Below, piece after piece: positions 19,697-30,490 of a stretch of 64,000 bases of DNA. The stretch lies in contig CAXWPH010000006.1 of the NCBI GenBank assembly GCA_963666055.2, forward strand, positions 96,001 to 160,000, read 5' to 3'. The notes below the pieces were generated by a model. That model was not told the origin of the DNA and made no database searches. It was given only the letters and a program-made list of their open reading frames with translations. Origin of the DNA: Acidobacteriota bacterium (GTDB lineage: Bacteria; Acidobacteriota; UBA890; WLXD01). The translations under genes were made by a program, and so were the position numbers. How positions within the stretch are numbered: the stretch's first letter is position 1; each line of letters opens with the position of its first letter.

Positions 19697-21271
19697 ATGG
19701 CAAACGAAAAGGTCGAGGAGATCCAGGCCCTAATCGAGAAGGGCAAGAAGCGAGGCTTTCTGACGTTCGCTGAGGTCGAAGAGCTCCTGCCCGAGGGCGC
19801 GGACCCCGAGCTCAACCGCCGTCATCTCACCTCGATGTTCGAGAGTATGGAGATCGAGGTCGTCGAGGAAAGCCCTGAAGATGCCGACGCGGAATTCGAG
19901 GAAGATGACGAAGAAGACGAGAAGGAAGGCTACGAGCCCGGCGCCGGTGACCTCGACGATCCGATCAAGATCTACTTCCGGGAGATGGGAGAAAAAGCCC
20001 TACTCGACCGAGAGGGCGAGATTCGGCTGGCGCGCGCCATCGAGGAAGGGCTGGAGGGCCGAGTAACAGCGGTTCTCAACTGCCCGATGGCCAGCGAGTA
20101 CCTGGTGGAGCTCGCATCACATGTCTACGTCGAGCCGGCTGACATGGATCGCCTGTCGGACAAGTACGACGAGGTCGATCCGCCGCGCGCGATCAGGGAA
20201 GTCCGCAAGATAGTCAACGCCGTCGAGAAGCACCGCAAGGCCCTCCGCAAGGTGCGCTCGAAGCTGAAGCGCAAGCTACGCGAGGAAACGGCGCTGCGCG
20301 TGCGACTCGATATGATTCAGGTTCAGTCGAAGATCGCGAGCAAGATGGCCGAGTTGGTTCCGAGCGAGCGTTTCATTGACGAGAGCATCGTCCGCATGCG
20401 GCGGTTGGTAGCTCACTACGCGATCGCGGCTCACGCCAAGGACGCGGAACGCACCCGCGAGCTCGAAGGCGGGCACCGCCTTACCCGTGACGAGCTGCGC
20501 CGCTACCTTCGCGCTATCGAAGAGGCGGAGCAACAGGTCGAGTGGGCGAAGAGCGAGCTCACGCAGGCGAACCTGCGCCTGGTGGTCTCGATCGCCAAGA
20601 AGTACGTCAACTATGGGCTGCCGTTCTCGGACTTGATCCAGGAAGGCAACATCGGCCTCATGAAGGCAGTCGAGAAGTTCGACTACAAGAAGGGCTACAA
20701 GTTCTCGACTTACGCCACCTGGTGGATCCGGCAGGCGATCACCCGCGCCATCGCCGACAAGGGCAAGACGATCCGCGTGCCGGTGCACATGATCGAGACC
20801 ATCCGCAAGGTTTCGCAAACGTCGCGGCGGCTGTTCAAGAACCTCGGTCGCAAACCGACCCCGAAAGAGATCGGCGACGAGATGGACATGTCGGTCGAGA
20901 AGGTCAAGGAGGTTCTGCGCGCCGCCAAGAAGACCCTGTCGCTGGAGACGCCGATAGGCGACGGCGAGGATTCCTCGCTTTCTGATTTCATCGAAAACGA
21001 GCAGGTCGTCTCACCGCTGGACATCGTCCTTTCCAAGAACCTATCCGACCAGACGCGCAAGGTGCTGGCGACGCTGACGCCCCGCGAGGAGAAGGTGCTG
21101 CGCATGCGCTTTGGCATCGGCGAGGAGCGCGAGTACACGCTAGAAGAGGTCGGCGAGTACTTCAGCGTCACACGCGAGCGTATCCGCCAGATCGAAGGCA
21201 AGGCGCTCCGCAAGCTGCGCCACCCGTTGCGCTCGAAGAATCTGAAGGAATTGCTCGACGAGGCCAGCTAG
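19697..21271 (+). CDS. rpoD: Primary sigma-70 factor
   Basis: Region 1.1 (GKKRGFLT), [53 protein letters not shown]. Confidence 0.95.
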   Translation: MANEKVEEIQALIEKGKKRGFLTFAEVEELLPEGADPELNRRHLTSMFESMEIEVVEESPEDADAEFEEDDEEDEKEGYEPGAGDLDDPIKIYFREMGEKALLDREGEIRLARAIEEGLEGRVTAVLNCPMASEYLVELASHVYVEPADMDRLSDKYDEVDPPRAIREVRKIVNAVEKHRKALRKVRSKLKRKLREETALRVRLDMIQVQSKIASKMAELVPSERFIDESIVRMRRLVAHYAIAAHAKDAERTRELEGGHRLTRDELRRYLRAIEEAEQQVEWAKSELTQANLRLVVSIAKKYVNYGLPFSDLIQEGNIGLMKAVEKFDYKKGYKFSTYATWWIRQAITRAIADKGKTIRVPVHMIETIRKVSQTSRRLFKNLGRKPTPKEIGDEMDMSVEKVKEVLRAAKKTLSLETPIGDGEDSSLSDFIENEQVVSPLDIVLSKNLSDQTRKVLATLTPREEKVLRMRFGIGEEREYTLEEVGEYFSVTRERIRQIEGKALRKLRHPLRSKNLKELLDEAS

Positions 21272-21273
21272 CC

Positions 21274-21298
21274 TTCGGGCTATCCTCGGGAGCCCGAA
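21274..21298. terminator. Hairpin between convergent rpoD and envC
   Basis: Stem ttcgggct/agcccgaa directly after the rpoD stop. Confidence 0.5.
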
Positions 21299-21322
21299 CC
21301 GGCGATCTCTGCGGCCTCTAAT

Positions 21323-22570
21323 CTACCGCCTTCGCAACCAGTTGAGCGGGTTCAGAGCATCGGTCCGCTCACGTACCTCGAAGTACAGGTTCGACCCGAT
21401 CAACGAAGCAGTGTCGCCCACCTCGCCGACGATGTCGCCTGCGGTGACGCTCTCGTTGACTCGCATCTGGATGGCGTTGAGATGCCCGTAGAGGCTGAAG
21501 TAACCACCCCCATGGTCGACGATGACCATCAAGCCATAGCCGCTATACCAGTCGGCGAAGACGACCCTCCCGTCGAATACGGCGACGACAGGGTCGCCCT
21601 GGTCCCCCTCGATCTCGATTCCGCGCGACACGGTATAGGTGTCGTAGATTGGATGTCGACGCCGTCCGAACTCACCGACGACGGCGCCGTTGACCGGCCA
21701 CTCGAGCTGCCCGCGTGCGGCGGCGAACGCCACGGGAGCGCTGGCGGCGGTCGCCCGCGCAAGCGCCGCCATGGTGGACACCAGCCGGCTTTCGGAGCGC
21801 TGCGCCGCAGCCAGGGCAACGCGCTGCGTCTCGGCCTCGCGATCGATAGCCACAAGCAACCGACGCCGCTCCTCTTGCTGCTGCGCCAGAGCGGTTGCCG
21901 TCGCCTCCGTATCGGCGGCAACCGCCGCAAGCTGCCGTTCGGTCTCGGCCAATGCGGCTCGGGTCTGGTCAATCTCCGCCACCGTGGTGCGCACCGATAG
22001 GAGCAAGTCGCGATCGCGAGCCGCCAGGTACGTAATGATCTGGTAAGCAGTCAGGGCGTCGGACGCCGAGTCAGCCGCCAGCAGCAGACGATTGTAGGAC
22101 AGGGGCCCGGCACGATAGAGCGATCCCACTCGTGCTCGCAGCGCTGCACGAATCTCCACGAAGGCCGCCTCGAGACGCTCCAGTTCAGTCTCGCGCTCGG
22201 CCCGCTCCCTTGCCAGCACGCCGTCCCGCTGTACCAAGATTGATAGCTGCTGACGCCGAAGCGCTAGCTCCACGTCGGCAGTCTCGAAGCTGTTGACGAC
22301 GGATTCGCGTTCGGAAGCGAGGCGCTCGAGCTCTCCCTCCAGCGTCACCGCGCGGGCGCGCAGGGAAACGAGCTCATCCTGGACTGTCCCCTTGGGCCCG
22401 TCCTGTGCCGATCCCGGCAGCGGCCCGGCTACCAGCAACATCAACAACAGCATCAGGCAACGCCGTCCGCGGCGTTGGCGTCGCCGGCGCAGCGGCTCAG
22501 GCGCGCAGACCCGGGCGGTACTGGCGCCCGCGGTCGCGGCGCCCAGCACACCGATGCGTTCGATGCCCAT
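21323..22570 (-). CDS. envC: EnvC-like murein hydrolase activator (coiled coil + degenerate M23 domain); start uncertain
   Basis: Hydrophobic signal, long coiled coil, WPVNG...GIEI...VDHGGGYFSLYGH...LYFEVR without the full Zn ligand set. Confidence 0.8.
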   Translation of the reverse strand: MGIERIGVLGAATAGASTARVCAPEPLRRRRQRRGRRCLMLLLMLLVAGPLPGSAQDGPKGTVQDELVSLRARAVTLEGELERLASERESVVNSFETADVELALRRQQLSILVQRDGVLARERAERETELERLEAAFVEIRAALRARVGSLYRAGPLSYNRLLLAADSASDALTAYQIITYLAARDRDLLLSVRTTVAEIDQTRAALAETERQLAAVAADTEATATALAQQQEERRRLLVAIDREAETQRVALAAAQRSESRLVSTMAALARATAASAPVAFAAARGQLEWPVNGAVVGEFGRRRHPIYDTYTVSRGIEIEGDQGDPVVAVFDGRVVFADWYSGYGLMVIVDHGGGYFSLYGHLNAIQMRVNESVTAGDIVGEVGDTASLIGSNLYFEVRERTDALNPLNWLRRR

Positions 22571-22591
22571 GTTCACTCGCCCCCCGGAGAG

Positions 22592-23776
22592 CTACTCGTC
22601 GCGTTCGACTGCTAGCGCCACCGCGTTGCCCCCACCCAGGCACATGGCCGCGATGCCGCGTTTTTCGCCGCGGTCACGAAGAGCGTACAGCAGCGTGGTC
22701 AGGATCCGCGCCCCCGACGCACCGATCGGGTGGCCGAGCGCGATCGCACCGCCGCGAACGTTGACACGCTCCGCGACCAAACCGAGCTCCCGTACGAGCG
22801 CCACAGATTGCACCGCGAACGCCTCGTTGAGCTCATACAGGTCGACATCGGCGCGATCCCATCCGGTCTTGTCGAGAACCTTCTCGATGGCCCGCACCGG
22901 CGCCATCATCACCAGCTCGGGCTCGGTACCGCTGGTCGCATAGGCGGCTACGCGGGCCAATACATCGAGCCCTCGCTCCTCAGCCTGAGCCTGCGACGTC
23001 ACACAAACTGCCGCTGCCCCGTCGTTCACCCCCGGGGCGTTGCCGGCGGTGACCGTGCCGTCCGATTGGAAGGCCGGCTCGAGGCGACCAAGCGCGTCGA
23101 TGGAAGTATCCGCGCGGATAGTCTCATCGCGATCAACGAGGATGGAGTCGCCCTTTCGCTGCGGCACCTCCAGCGGCAGCATCTCGGCGTCGAACATACC
23201 GGCCGTGTCCGCCGCCGCCGCACGTTGATGCGACTGCACGCTCCAGGCGTCTTGATCCCCGCGGCTCACACCCCAGCGCTCGGCAACTACCTCGCCCGTA
23301 CGGCCCATGTGGTAGTCGTTGTATGCGTCCCAGAGGCCATCGTGGACCGTGGCATCGAGCAGCTTCCCGTGCCCCAGGCGATAGCCGGCCCGGGCCCGGG
23401 TGAGCAAGAACGGGCCGTTGCTCATGCTTTCCTGCCCGCCAGCCACAATGTGCTCCATATCGCCCAGCCGTATCGCCTGCGTCGCCAACACCACAGCCTT
23501 GAGCGACGATCCACAGACCTTGTTGATGGTCAGGGCGCCAGCGCTAGCCGGCAGCCCCGCCCCCAGCGCGCTCTGTCGGGCTGGATTCTGCCCGCAGCCC
23601 GCCTGCACCACGTGGCCCATGATGACCTCGTCGATGTCGGCAGGGTCGAGTCCGGCCCGCTTTACCGCCGCGCCAACCACTTGCGCCCCAAGTTCCGTCG
23701 CCTTGAAGCTACTGAGGGCCCCCATCAAGCGACCGATCGGAGTGCGCACGGCAGAGACAATCACGGCTTCGCGCAT
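22592..23776 (-). CDS. Acetyl-CoA C-acetyltransferase (thiolase)
   Basis: [34 protein letters not shown]. Confidence 0.95.
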   Translation of the reverse strand: MREAVIVSAVRTPIGRLMGALSSFKATELGAQVVGAAVKRAGLDPADIDEVIMGHVVQAGCGQNPARQSALGAGLPASAGALTINKVCGSSLKAVVLATQAIRLGDMEHIVAGGQESMSNGPFLLTRARAGYRLGHGKLLDATVHDGLWDAYNDYHMGRTGEVVAERWGVSRGDQDAWSVQSHQRAAAADTAGMFDAEMLPLEVPQRKGDSILVDRDETIRADTSIDALGRLEPAFQSDGTVTAGNAPGVNDGAAAVCVTSQAQAEERGLDVLARVAAYATSGTEPELVMMAPVRAIEKVLDKTGWDRADVDLYELNEAFAVQSVALVRELGLVAERVNVRGGAIALGHPIGASGARILTTLLYALRDRGEKRGIAAMCLGGGNAVALAVERDE

Positions 23777-23921
23777 CCAACCAGATTAGCGGCGTCCTAA
23801 AGCGCCCACAAGCCACACCGAGAGATCCGTTTGTGGGGTCCCGAGGTGCACCGTACACTGCAGCAATTCCACTCCGATCCACGGTGCGCGTGGTGGCTGA
23901 CCCGCCGCCGCGACGAGCGCC

Positions 23922-25847
23922 GTGGCCTACGTGGACACCGTGTCTTCAGACACCATCGACCGCTACCGAATCGTCGGTACCGCCGGCCACATCGATCACG
24001 GCAAGAGCGCCCTGGTACGCGCTCTGACGGGAGTCGATCCAGACCGCCTTCCGGAGGAGAAAGAACGCGGAATTACCATTGATCTGGGCTTCGCCGATGC
24101 TCGTCTCGGCGATCTCCATATCGGCTTCGTCGATGTGCCCGGACACGAGCGTTTCGTCAAGAACATGCTCGCCGGCGTTGGCGGAATCGACGCGGTGCTG
24201 ATGGTGGTGGCCGCTGACGAGTCGATCATGCCGCAGACGCGCGAGCACCTCGCCATCATTCGATTGCTGGGTATCAAGGCCGGTGTGGTGGCGCTCAGCA
24301 AGTGCGATCTGGTAGACGACGAGATGGCCGAGCTCGTCGGCCTCGAGGTAGAGGACTTACTCGCCGGTACTGACCTGGAAAGCGCGCCGATCGTGCGCAC
24401 CAGCGCCGCCAGCGGTGCCGGAATAGATGCGCTTCGAGATGAGCTACAGCGAGTGCTGTCGTCCACCGCCACGCGACCAACGGAGGGCGTTCTGCGACTA
24501 CCGATCGACCGGATCTTCACAATGAAGGGCTTCGGGACGGTGGTCACCGGAACGCTGATTGCGGGCAGCGTGGCGATCGGCGATCAGGTCGAAGCACTGC
24601 CGTCTGGGCGTACGATCACAGTTCGAGGCGTTCAGGTGCACGGTCTCGCCCAGGACCGTGCCGTCGCCGGACAGCGCACAGCGTTGAACCTTCAGGGTGT
24701 CCAGGTCGAGGAGTTGGCTCGAGGAATGGTGCTTGCCAGGCCGGGCGCGCTGCAGCCTTCCCACATGATCGATGCACGGCTGAGAGTTCTTGACGGTTTC
24801 GAGGTCAAGCACCTGCAACGTCTGCGTTTCCACCACGGTGCTGCAGAAGTCCTCTGTCGAGCCGCCGTGCTCGAGACCGATCGTATAAGGGGGGCCGAGG
24901 GCTATGTGCAGTTGCGCCTTGAATCCCCATATCCGGTTGCCCCGGGCGACCGGTTCATCGTCCGGCGCTACTCGCCGGTGGTGACGATTGGTGGGGGCGT
25001 CGTGCTCGATACGATGGCGCCGAAACGACGGCGCGGGCGGGCCGCGATCGAGGCCATGCGTCAACTCGACGGCGCGAACGACGAGACCAGGCTGACGGTT
25101 TGGGTCGACCAAGCCGGCGAGTCGGGCTTGGAACGCGGCACCCTTAGGCGGCGGCTAGCGTGTACCGACGACACCCTCGGCGCCGTAATTACCGCGGCCG
25201 TCGCCGGCAATCGCATCATGGAGATCGCCGGCCACGAGCCCCGGCTGGTTCCCCGTGTGGCGATCGAGCGCCTGTGTGCGCGGACCCTCGAAAGCCTGCG
25301 CCGCTATCACCAACGTTACCCGCTACGCCCCGGTCTACCCAAGCAGGATCTGCGGAGCGCTGTGGCGGCGGGCATGCCGGAGCCGGTGTTCGATGCGGGG
25401 CTCGCGTACCTACTGGAGCAGGGCGCCATTCGTGTCGCAAGTGACGGCTTCGCGCTTCACGCCCACGAGGTGTCGGTAGACGACACGGACCGAGCGCTCC
25501 TCGACAATCTGCTCAGCCGTTTCACCGCGCAGGGTGTCGCCGCTGCGTCGCCATCAGAGGTTCTAGCGACCGTCCCCGGGGATCCCGAAGTAGTGCGCGA
25601 GCTGTTTCATCACCTGGTGCGCGACGGGCACCTGGTACGCATTCGCGAGGGGCTGGTAGTCGACGCTGCCGCGCTGCAAGAACTGATAGCCGACATACAG
25701 GCGCGGCGACAAGCCGGCGAGCGTTTCTCGGTGGGCGACTTCAAGGCGTGGACCGGGCTGACGCGTAAGCACTCGATCCCGCTGTTAGAGTACCTCGACA
25801 GCGCTCGAGTCACGCGTCGTGTCGGCGATGAGCGTGAGCGCATCTGA
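23922..25847 (+). CDS. selB: Selenocysteine-specific elongation factor
   Basis: [35 protein letters not shown]; C-terminal winged helix [15 protein letters not shown]. Confidence 0.95.
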   Translation: MAYVDTVSSDTIDRYRIVGTAGHIDHGKSALVRALTGVDPDRLPEEKERGITIDLGFADARLGDLHIGFVDVPGHERFVKNMLAGVGGIDAVLMVVAADESIMPQTREHLAIIRLLGIKAGVVALSKCDLVDDEMAELVGLEVEDLLAGTDLESAPIVRTSAASGAGIDALRDELQRVLSSTATRPTEGVLRLPIDRIFTMKGFGTVVTGTLIAGSVAIGDQVEALPSGRTITVRGVQVHGLAQDRAVAGQRTALNLQGVQVEELARGMVLARPGALQPSHMIDARLRVLDGFEVKHLQRLRFHHGAAEVLCRAAVLETDRIRGAEGYVQLRLESPYPVAPGDRFIVRRYSPVVTIGGGVVLDTMAPKRRRGRAAIEAMRQLDGANDETRLTVWVDQAGESGLERGTLRRRLACTDDTLGAVITAAVAGNRIMEIAGHEPRLVPRVAIERLCARTLESLRRYHQRYPLRPGLPKQDLRSAVAAGMPEPVFDAGLAYLLEQGAIRVASDGFALHAHEVSVDDTDRALLDNLLSRFTAQGVAAASPSEVLATVPGDPEVVRELFHHLVRDGHLVRIREGLVVDAAALQELIADIQARRQAGERFSVGDFKAWTGLTRKHSIPLLEYLDSARVTRRVGDERERI

Positions 25848-25972
25848 CCGCGCCATCGACAATCGCTCCGCGGCGCGTTTCGCATACCATAGAGAGTGCG
25901 CTCCGCGTCATTGACCGACGCTCCGCAACGCGCCTATCATGGATACACGGAATCTCACGGAGGAAACTCACG

Positions 25973-26134
25973 ATGTTTGGATCGCTTGGACCTACGGAAC
26001 TGCTGCTGATCTTCTTGATCGTAATGCTAATTTTCGGCGCCAGGAAGCTGCCCGAGATCGGTAAGGGTCTGGGGAACGGCATCCAGAACTTCAAGGCCGC
26101 CATGCGCGGCATTAGCGACGACGACGCCAGCTGA
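25973..26134 (+). CDS. tatA: Twin-arginine translocase TatA/E (53 aa; not in ORF track)
   Basis: GGAGGA RBS; [44 protein letters not shown]. Confidence 0.93.
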   Translation: MFGSLGPTELLLIFLIVMLIFGARKLPEIGKGLGNGIQNFKAAMRGISDDDAS

Positions 26135-26181
26135 GTTCTAGTTCCGACAGTAATCACCGCCCCTGACTAGCGAGGGCTTCG

Positions 26182-26688
26182 ATGCCTAAGTGGCGACTCG
26201 TGCGGGCTGGTGCCTTGCTCGTCTTGTTTGCTTTGCCCGCCTGCCAGATCACCTGGCGCGAGCCTGTCCTGCAGCCGCTCAACAGCAACCGCTATTACGA
26301 CTCCAGTTTGGAGATCACCTGTGCAGCTGCCCGCGAGGTCGTAACGCGCCTAGGCTTGAGCGTAAAGGAGTCGCAAGAGGAAGAGCGCGCATGTCTGCTC
26401 GAGACCGTCTTCAAAGTGCTGTCCGACTCCGGGGACGACCCCACCGAATATCTCGATAAGGTGGCTTTCGTCGGTGTCGGCCCGTTCATCGGGGGCCGCT
26501 ACACGCTGACCGTCACGACGCGGGACGTGCGCAACAGCGGCACGCGCGTGAAGGTAACGACGCGCGTCGAGGGATACGTCGGCGAGGAGTTCGGCTATCA
26601 GGTACTGCGCTCCAAGGGTCTTATCGAAGAGCGGGTGTTCGCCGCCATTGGCGAGTCCATTGGCGCCACCCCCGTCGAGGCCAACTGA
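26182..26688 (+). CDS. Hypothetical lipoprotein
   Basis: Basic N-terminus, hydrophobic stretch, lipobox-like LPAC. Confidence 0.65.
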   Translation: MPKWRLVRAGALLVLFALPACQITWREPVLQPLNSNRYYDSSLEITCAAAREVVTRLGLSVKESQEEERACLLETVFKVLSDSGDDPTEYLDKVAFVGVGPFIGGRYTLTVTTRDVRNSGTRVKVTTRVEGYVGEEFGYQVLRSKGLIEERVFAAIGESIGATPVEAN

Positions 26689-26779
26689 GGCTCATCGCGG
26701 TGGCACTCGCGGCGGCGGCGGCGCTGGCGTGTTCGGTCACCTGGCGTGCTGAGCTCGGCCCGCAGCGATCCGGCTCAGC

Positions 26780-27496
26780 TCAGAAACGAAACTCGAAGCC
26801 AGCCGTCCAGTACAAGTTCGAGGCGTTGAAGTCGCCCAGGAAGATGCTCGGCAGCTGACCGTCCTGCTGCTTGGGGCCGAAGCCGGTCCTGAGCCCACGT
26901 ACGTCAGCACGCACGCCGAAGTTGTCGATCACGCGAATATGCAGCCCCGCCCCGAAGACCAGCCCCATCTGTCTGCTGTCGGCGATCTCCGAAGCCGTGG
27001 AGGTCATGCTCACGGTTCCGTAACCAAGGGATAGAACCGGCACGATGCGCCGCGAGCGCTCCAGCAAGGCGCAGCTCACCACGCCCATGAGATAACTGAG
27101 ATGGAGATCCGCAAACGAAAACTCAGTCCTCCCCTGGCCGGCAAGATCGGTGAGGATGACGTTCACTCCCGGCGATGACCTCCCGTACTCGATCTCGACC
27201 TCGAACCGGGGTGCGAACACGAACCCGACCCGCAAGCCCCACATCGAGTCCGTATCCATGTCGTACGACGAGCGGAAGAAGACGTTCTCGATGCTGCCCA
27301 GCGGCGTGCCGCCGGTCATCTGTCCGGAGAACCCGCCGACGCGGAAGCGTCGTTCCTTCCAACCCTCGTCCAGGTCCATGTAGGTCGACTCCTGCGGCAG
27401 CTCCAACTCATAGTCGTCTTGCTGTGCGGCGGCAGTGGCCGGGAGGAGTGCGAGTGCCGTGAGCACCGCGAGGCATCTCCACATGTGCCGCATCAC
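26780..27496 (-). CDS. Outer-membrane beta-barrel protein
   Basis: Signal peptide AAA-QQ, alternating beta-strand pattern, C-terminal AGFEFRF. Confidence 0.75.
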   Translation of the reverse strand: MMRHMWRCLAVLTALALLPATAAAQQDDYELELPQESTYMDLDEGWKERRFRVGGFSGQMTGGTPLGSIENVFFRSSYDMDTDSMWGLRVGFVFAPRFEVEIEYGRSSPGVNVILTDLAGQGRTEFSFADLHLSYLMGVVSCALLERSRRIVPVLSLGYGTVSMTSTASEIADSRQMGLVFGAGLHIRVIDNFGVRADVRGLRTGFGPKQQDGQLPSIFLGDFNASNLYWTAGFEFRF

Positions 27497-28494
27497 CGCA
27501 CCTCCACGACGATGCCCGAGGCCGACTGACCGGCGCCAACGCGGATCGTCTGGCCAACCGAGGTAGCGCGGAAGGTCGTATCTACACTGTCGCGCAGGAA
27601 GATGCCGCCGAGCGCCGCCGGCGACACCACGCCGCTCAGCGGAAACGCCCCCAGCAGGTAGGTACCGGGAGGTAGCCCGCCGATTCGGAACGTGCCGTCG
27701 GGTAGGCTGACCGCGCCGACGAGGATGTCCTGGAACGGTTCATGCGCGACGACGTGGGCACCAAACACCACTGCCCCGGCCCTGATCACCTGCCCGCTGA
27801 TCGTCGCACGTACCGAGCCAGGGGCCGGATACAGTGCCGCCAGCGCCGCAATATCGTCATCGCGCAACGTGCGCGCCGATTCGCCGACGCCCCGGCCGAG
27901 CGGAAACATGACCGAAGTGTCATCGGCAAGCTCGCCGTCGGCGGCGAACCCTCCCAACGGCGAGCTCGCGAGGCCGAGAAATCGGCCGATCTCCTGCAGC
28001 ATCGTGGTCTCGAGATCGAGGCCGACGCTGTTACCTGCCGTCGTCGTGAAGCCGATGACCCGATCGTTTACCAGCAGATCGGATTCGACGATGCTGCCAT
28101 CGGCGTTCATCAGCGTAAACGACAGCGTCAGAAACTGGGCGTTGTCGAGCGACGCGTCGTTGGAGAACTCGATGGCGTTGATTCCGTCGAGAACATCCGC
28201 CTCCAGTCCCCTCTGCTCGGCCTCGACGAAGATCTCGACGATGGAATCGGGCGACGCGCTCCATGTGGCCATCGCCGCGTCGAGAGCAGCCCGCCCCGCC
28301 GCAGCCGGCACGTCGCTGGTTAGCCCGCGCGTCACCCGAGTCGCAATCGGAAAGGCGCTCGCAGGCCAGTGCGCGACAACCGCGGAGCCGCCTACGAAGT
28401 CGATCGTATTCGGAACGTAGGCGGGCACCGGGGACGCCGGCACCGCCACCAAGGCGACGAGCGCCCCCAGGGTGGCCGCCCTAGCGACCTTCAT
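27493..28494 (-). CDS. Secreted matrixin (M10)-like protein + carboxypeptidase-regulatory-like domain; Zn ligands lost
   Basis: AAMATWS, DGINAI, IVESDLLVN, DLETTMLQEIGRFLGLASS, SVMFP, LRDDDIAALAALYP, then ISGQV...GAHVVA...DGTFRIGGLPPGTY. Confidence 0.75.
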   Translation of the reverse strand: MKVARAATLGALVALVAVPASPVPAYVPNTIDFVGGSAVVAHWPASAFPIATRVTRGLTSDVPAAAGRAALDAAMATWSASPDSIVEIFVEAEQRGLEADVLDGINAIEFSNDASLDNAQFLTLSFTLMNADGSIVESDLLVNDRVIGFTTTAGNSVGLDLETTMLQEIGRFLGLASSPLGGFAADGELADDTSVMFPLGRGVGESARTLRDDDIAALAALYPAPGSVRATISGQVIRAGAVVFGAHVVAHEPFQDILVGAVSLPDGTFRIGGLPPGTYLLGAFPLSGVVSPAALGGIFLRDSVDTTFRATSVGQTIRVGAGQSASGIVVEVR

Positions 28495-29084
28495 CGTGTC
28501 ACCCCGGCGTCGCCGACCAGCTGCGAAACCGTCCGCTGGCGCAAGTCGACCGCGGCACGACCGGCCTTCGGTGCAAGCACCACAGCACCGCCGGAGCCGC
28601 TAGCGCGAGCCATCTTCAGGTCATCGCGATCAAGTCGCCAGACGCCCTGGAACATCCCCACCGGCCGCCAGCTGTCGACGTCGCGGTACAGGAACAGCAG
28701 CACGCTCTCGCCTTGGATGAGCTCGGGCGACCCTGGCACCACCAGGCGACGCCCCTTGTAGAGGCCGCCGGGAGCTCGCACTGTCAGCAAGCGGGAGTCG
28801 GCGCCCTTGAAGGCGCGATCGACCCGCACGCGCGCCACAGTCTCGATGCTTCTTGGTGTCCGCACCGTTCGGACTGCCACGACCGTGCCCGCCACGATCG
28901 ATTCCGCGCGCCCGCGAAGATCCTTGAGAGTCAGTCCCCGGATGACCGACGCGTCGGCTGCGGTTGCTAGTACCAGCAGCGACGCTAGCGCTGTCGCCGC
29001 GAACCGTCCTCGGTGAGGCAGTGGGTGTCCCGACTCAGGACGGACCGCCGTAGTAGCCCGGCTTTGTACGTACCTCCTTGGCAC
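28491..29084 (-). CDS. Secreted hypothetical protein (start uncertain)
   Basis: Hydrophobic signal ending AADA, then LTLKDLRGRAESIVAGTV...PGG...VPGSPELIQGESVLLFL; 4-bp overlap with the next gene. Confidence 0.6.
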   Translation of the reverse strand: MPRRYVQSRATTAVRPESGHPLPHRGRFAATALASLLVLATAADASVIRGLTLKDLRGRAESIVAGTVVAVRTVRTPRSIETVARVRVDRAFKGADSRLLTVRAPGGLYKGRRLVVPGSPELIQGESVLLFLYRDVDSWRPVGMFQGVWRLDRDDLKMARASGSGGAVVLAPKAGRAAVDLRQRTVSQLVGDAGVTR

Positions 29085-30225
29085 CGTCGGCACGCACCTC
29101 GATCTCTCTCCACTCGCCAGCCGATGCCAGATCGGACGGCCGATAGGCGAGGGCATACTGGCTCTTGAGCTCGTTGGCGATGTCTTCATAGGCGGAAAGC
29201 AACTCTCCAAGGGAATCGAGAATGATCGAGCGGCCGCCAGTACCGTCGGCAAACGAGCGCAGCGCATCTTCTCCCGGGCTGATCATGTCAAAGGAGCGCC
29301 GGCCTCGTATGTCGCCGCGAAGCGCGCCGAAAATACCGATCGTATAGACGCGGACATCGAGGCGGCGAGCATAGTCGACCGCCTGGTCGACGGAAACTGT
29401 CTGGGTCGTGTCGTAACCGTCTGAGAGCACGATCAACGCCCGGCGCTCCGGTCGATCTAGAAGGACATCGGCCCCCTCCACGACTGCCAAATTCATCGAC
29501 GTCGCGCCGCCCGGTACCAGATCGCTGAGCGCCTCGCGAAGCATCGCTTGGTTGCCCGTCAGGTCCTGCTGGAGCATCGGAAACGAGTCGAACGTCATTA
29601 CAAACGCCTCGTCCCCCCCTCCGATCTGATCCAGGAACGCCAACGCACCCTGGCGCGCGCGCTCGAGCTTTGCTCCCTCCTGCATGCTCCCCGACGTATC
29701 CAGCAGCAGCCCCACGACCATGGGTCGGGGCTCGGAGGAGAAGCTGGCGATCGTCTGTCGCTTGCCGTTCTCGTAGACCTCGAAGTCGTCGACTTCCAGG
29801 CCGGAAACGTAGCGCCCACGACCGTCGAGAGCACTCACATACAGCAGGACGGCGTTGACCTCAGCTCTGAAAACAGCAGTTTCCAGATCGCGGGTGAGGA
29901 CCGTGTCGGTAGCTTCTCGTCCGGTGACGTCCACCACCTCCGCGTCGACTACATGCTGATCAAAATCGTCGCCAGCGTTCCATTCGGCTTCCCACGGCGG
30001 CTCCTCGAGCACCGCGAGCACCGATCCGTCGACCCTGATCGTGACGCGGGAGATGGCCGTGTCCCCGACCTGGTCCACCTCGACACGGATCGTCGTCGTC
30101 CCGGAGACGTAGGTGTCGTTCTGCGGCGAGACGACACGAATCTGAAGATCACCTTGCTGCGAAGCGACCGGCGTAGCGGCAACCAACAGCACGAGGATGA
30201 CTATTGCAATGCGTTGGCTTTTCAC
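29035..30225 (-). CDS. Secreted Ig-like + VWA domain protein (acidobacterial VWFA-related type)
   Basis: Signal peptide; Ig-like ~100 aa; FEVYENG, MIDAS LLDTSGSM, LSDGYD, TGG, QYALAY, KPGYY. Confidence 0.85.
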   Translation of the reverse strand: MKSQRIAIVILVLLVAATPVASQQGDLQIRVVSPQNDTYVSGTTTIRVEVDQVGDTAISRVTIRVDGSVLAVLEEPPWEAEWNAGDDFDQHVVDAEVVDVTGREATDTVLTRDLETAVFRAEVNAVLLYVSALDGRGRYVSGLEVDDFEVYENGKRQTIASFSSEPRPMVVGLLLDTSGSMQEGAKLERARQGALAFLDQIGGGDEAFVMTFDSFPMLQQDLTGNQAMLREALSDLVPGGATSMNLAVVEGADVLLDRPERRALIVLSDGYDTTQTVSVDQAVDYARRLDVRVYTIGIFGALRGDIRGRRSFDMISPGEDALRSFADGTGGRSIILDSLGELLSAYEDIANELKSQYALAYRPSDLASAGEWREIEVRADGAKEVRTKPGYYGGPS

Positions 30226-30490
30226 GACTCACCTTATCGCCGTCGATGCACGCACGGCCGCAACGGCATCGGCTCGAGGAGATCCAGGGGAGATATTTCC
30301 AAGGCTAGCACAGCTTTTGTCGGGCGCTCAAACTGCCGCAGCAGCGGGTTATCCTATCTTTTCGACACCGGCCCCCGAGCGTCCTCTGGTGTGCCGCGCG
30401 CCGTCCGGCTCACCGCACGGGCGGGCAGCCTGCTACCAGGCCGTGGTAGAAGTGTGGCGGGCCTGGTTACGGCGAATAGGCGAGAGCGTA

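Noticed and set aside
21323-21700. Missing Zn ligands in the M23 domain as a novel pseudo-enzyme
   Set aside because: A degenerate LytM domain is the established hallmark of EnvC
23922-26700. Selenoprotein (UGA read-through) or tRNA-Sec near selB
   Set aside because: No in-frame TGA at a Cys-equivalent position or tRNA-Sec cloverleaf was recognised; neighbouring TGA stops fall at natural protein ends
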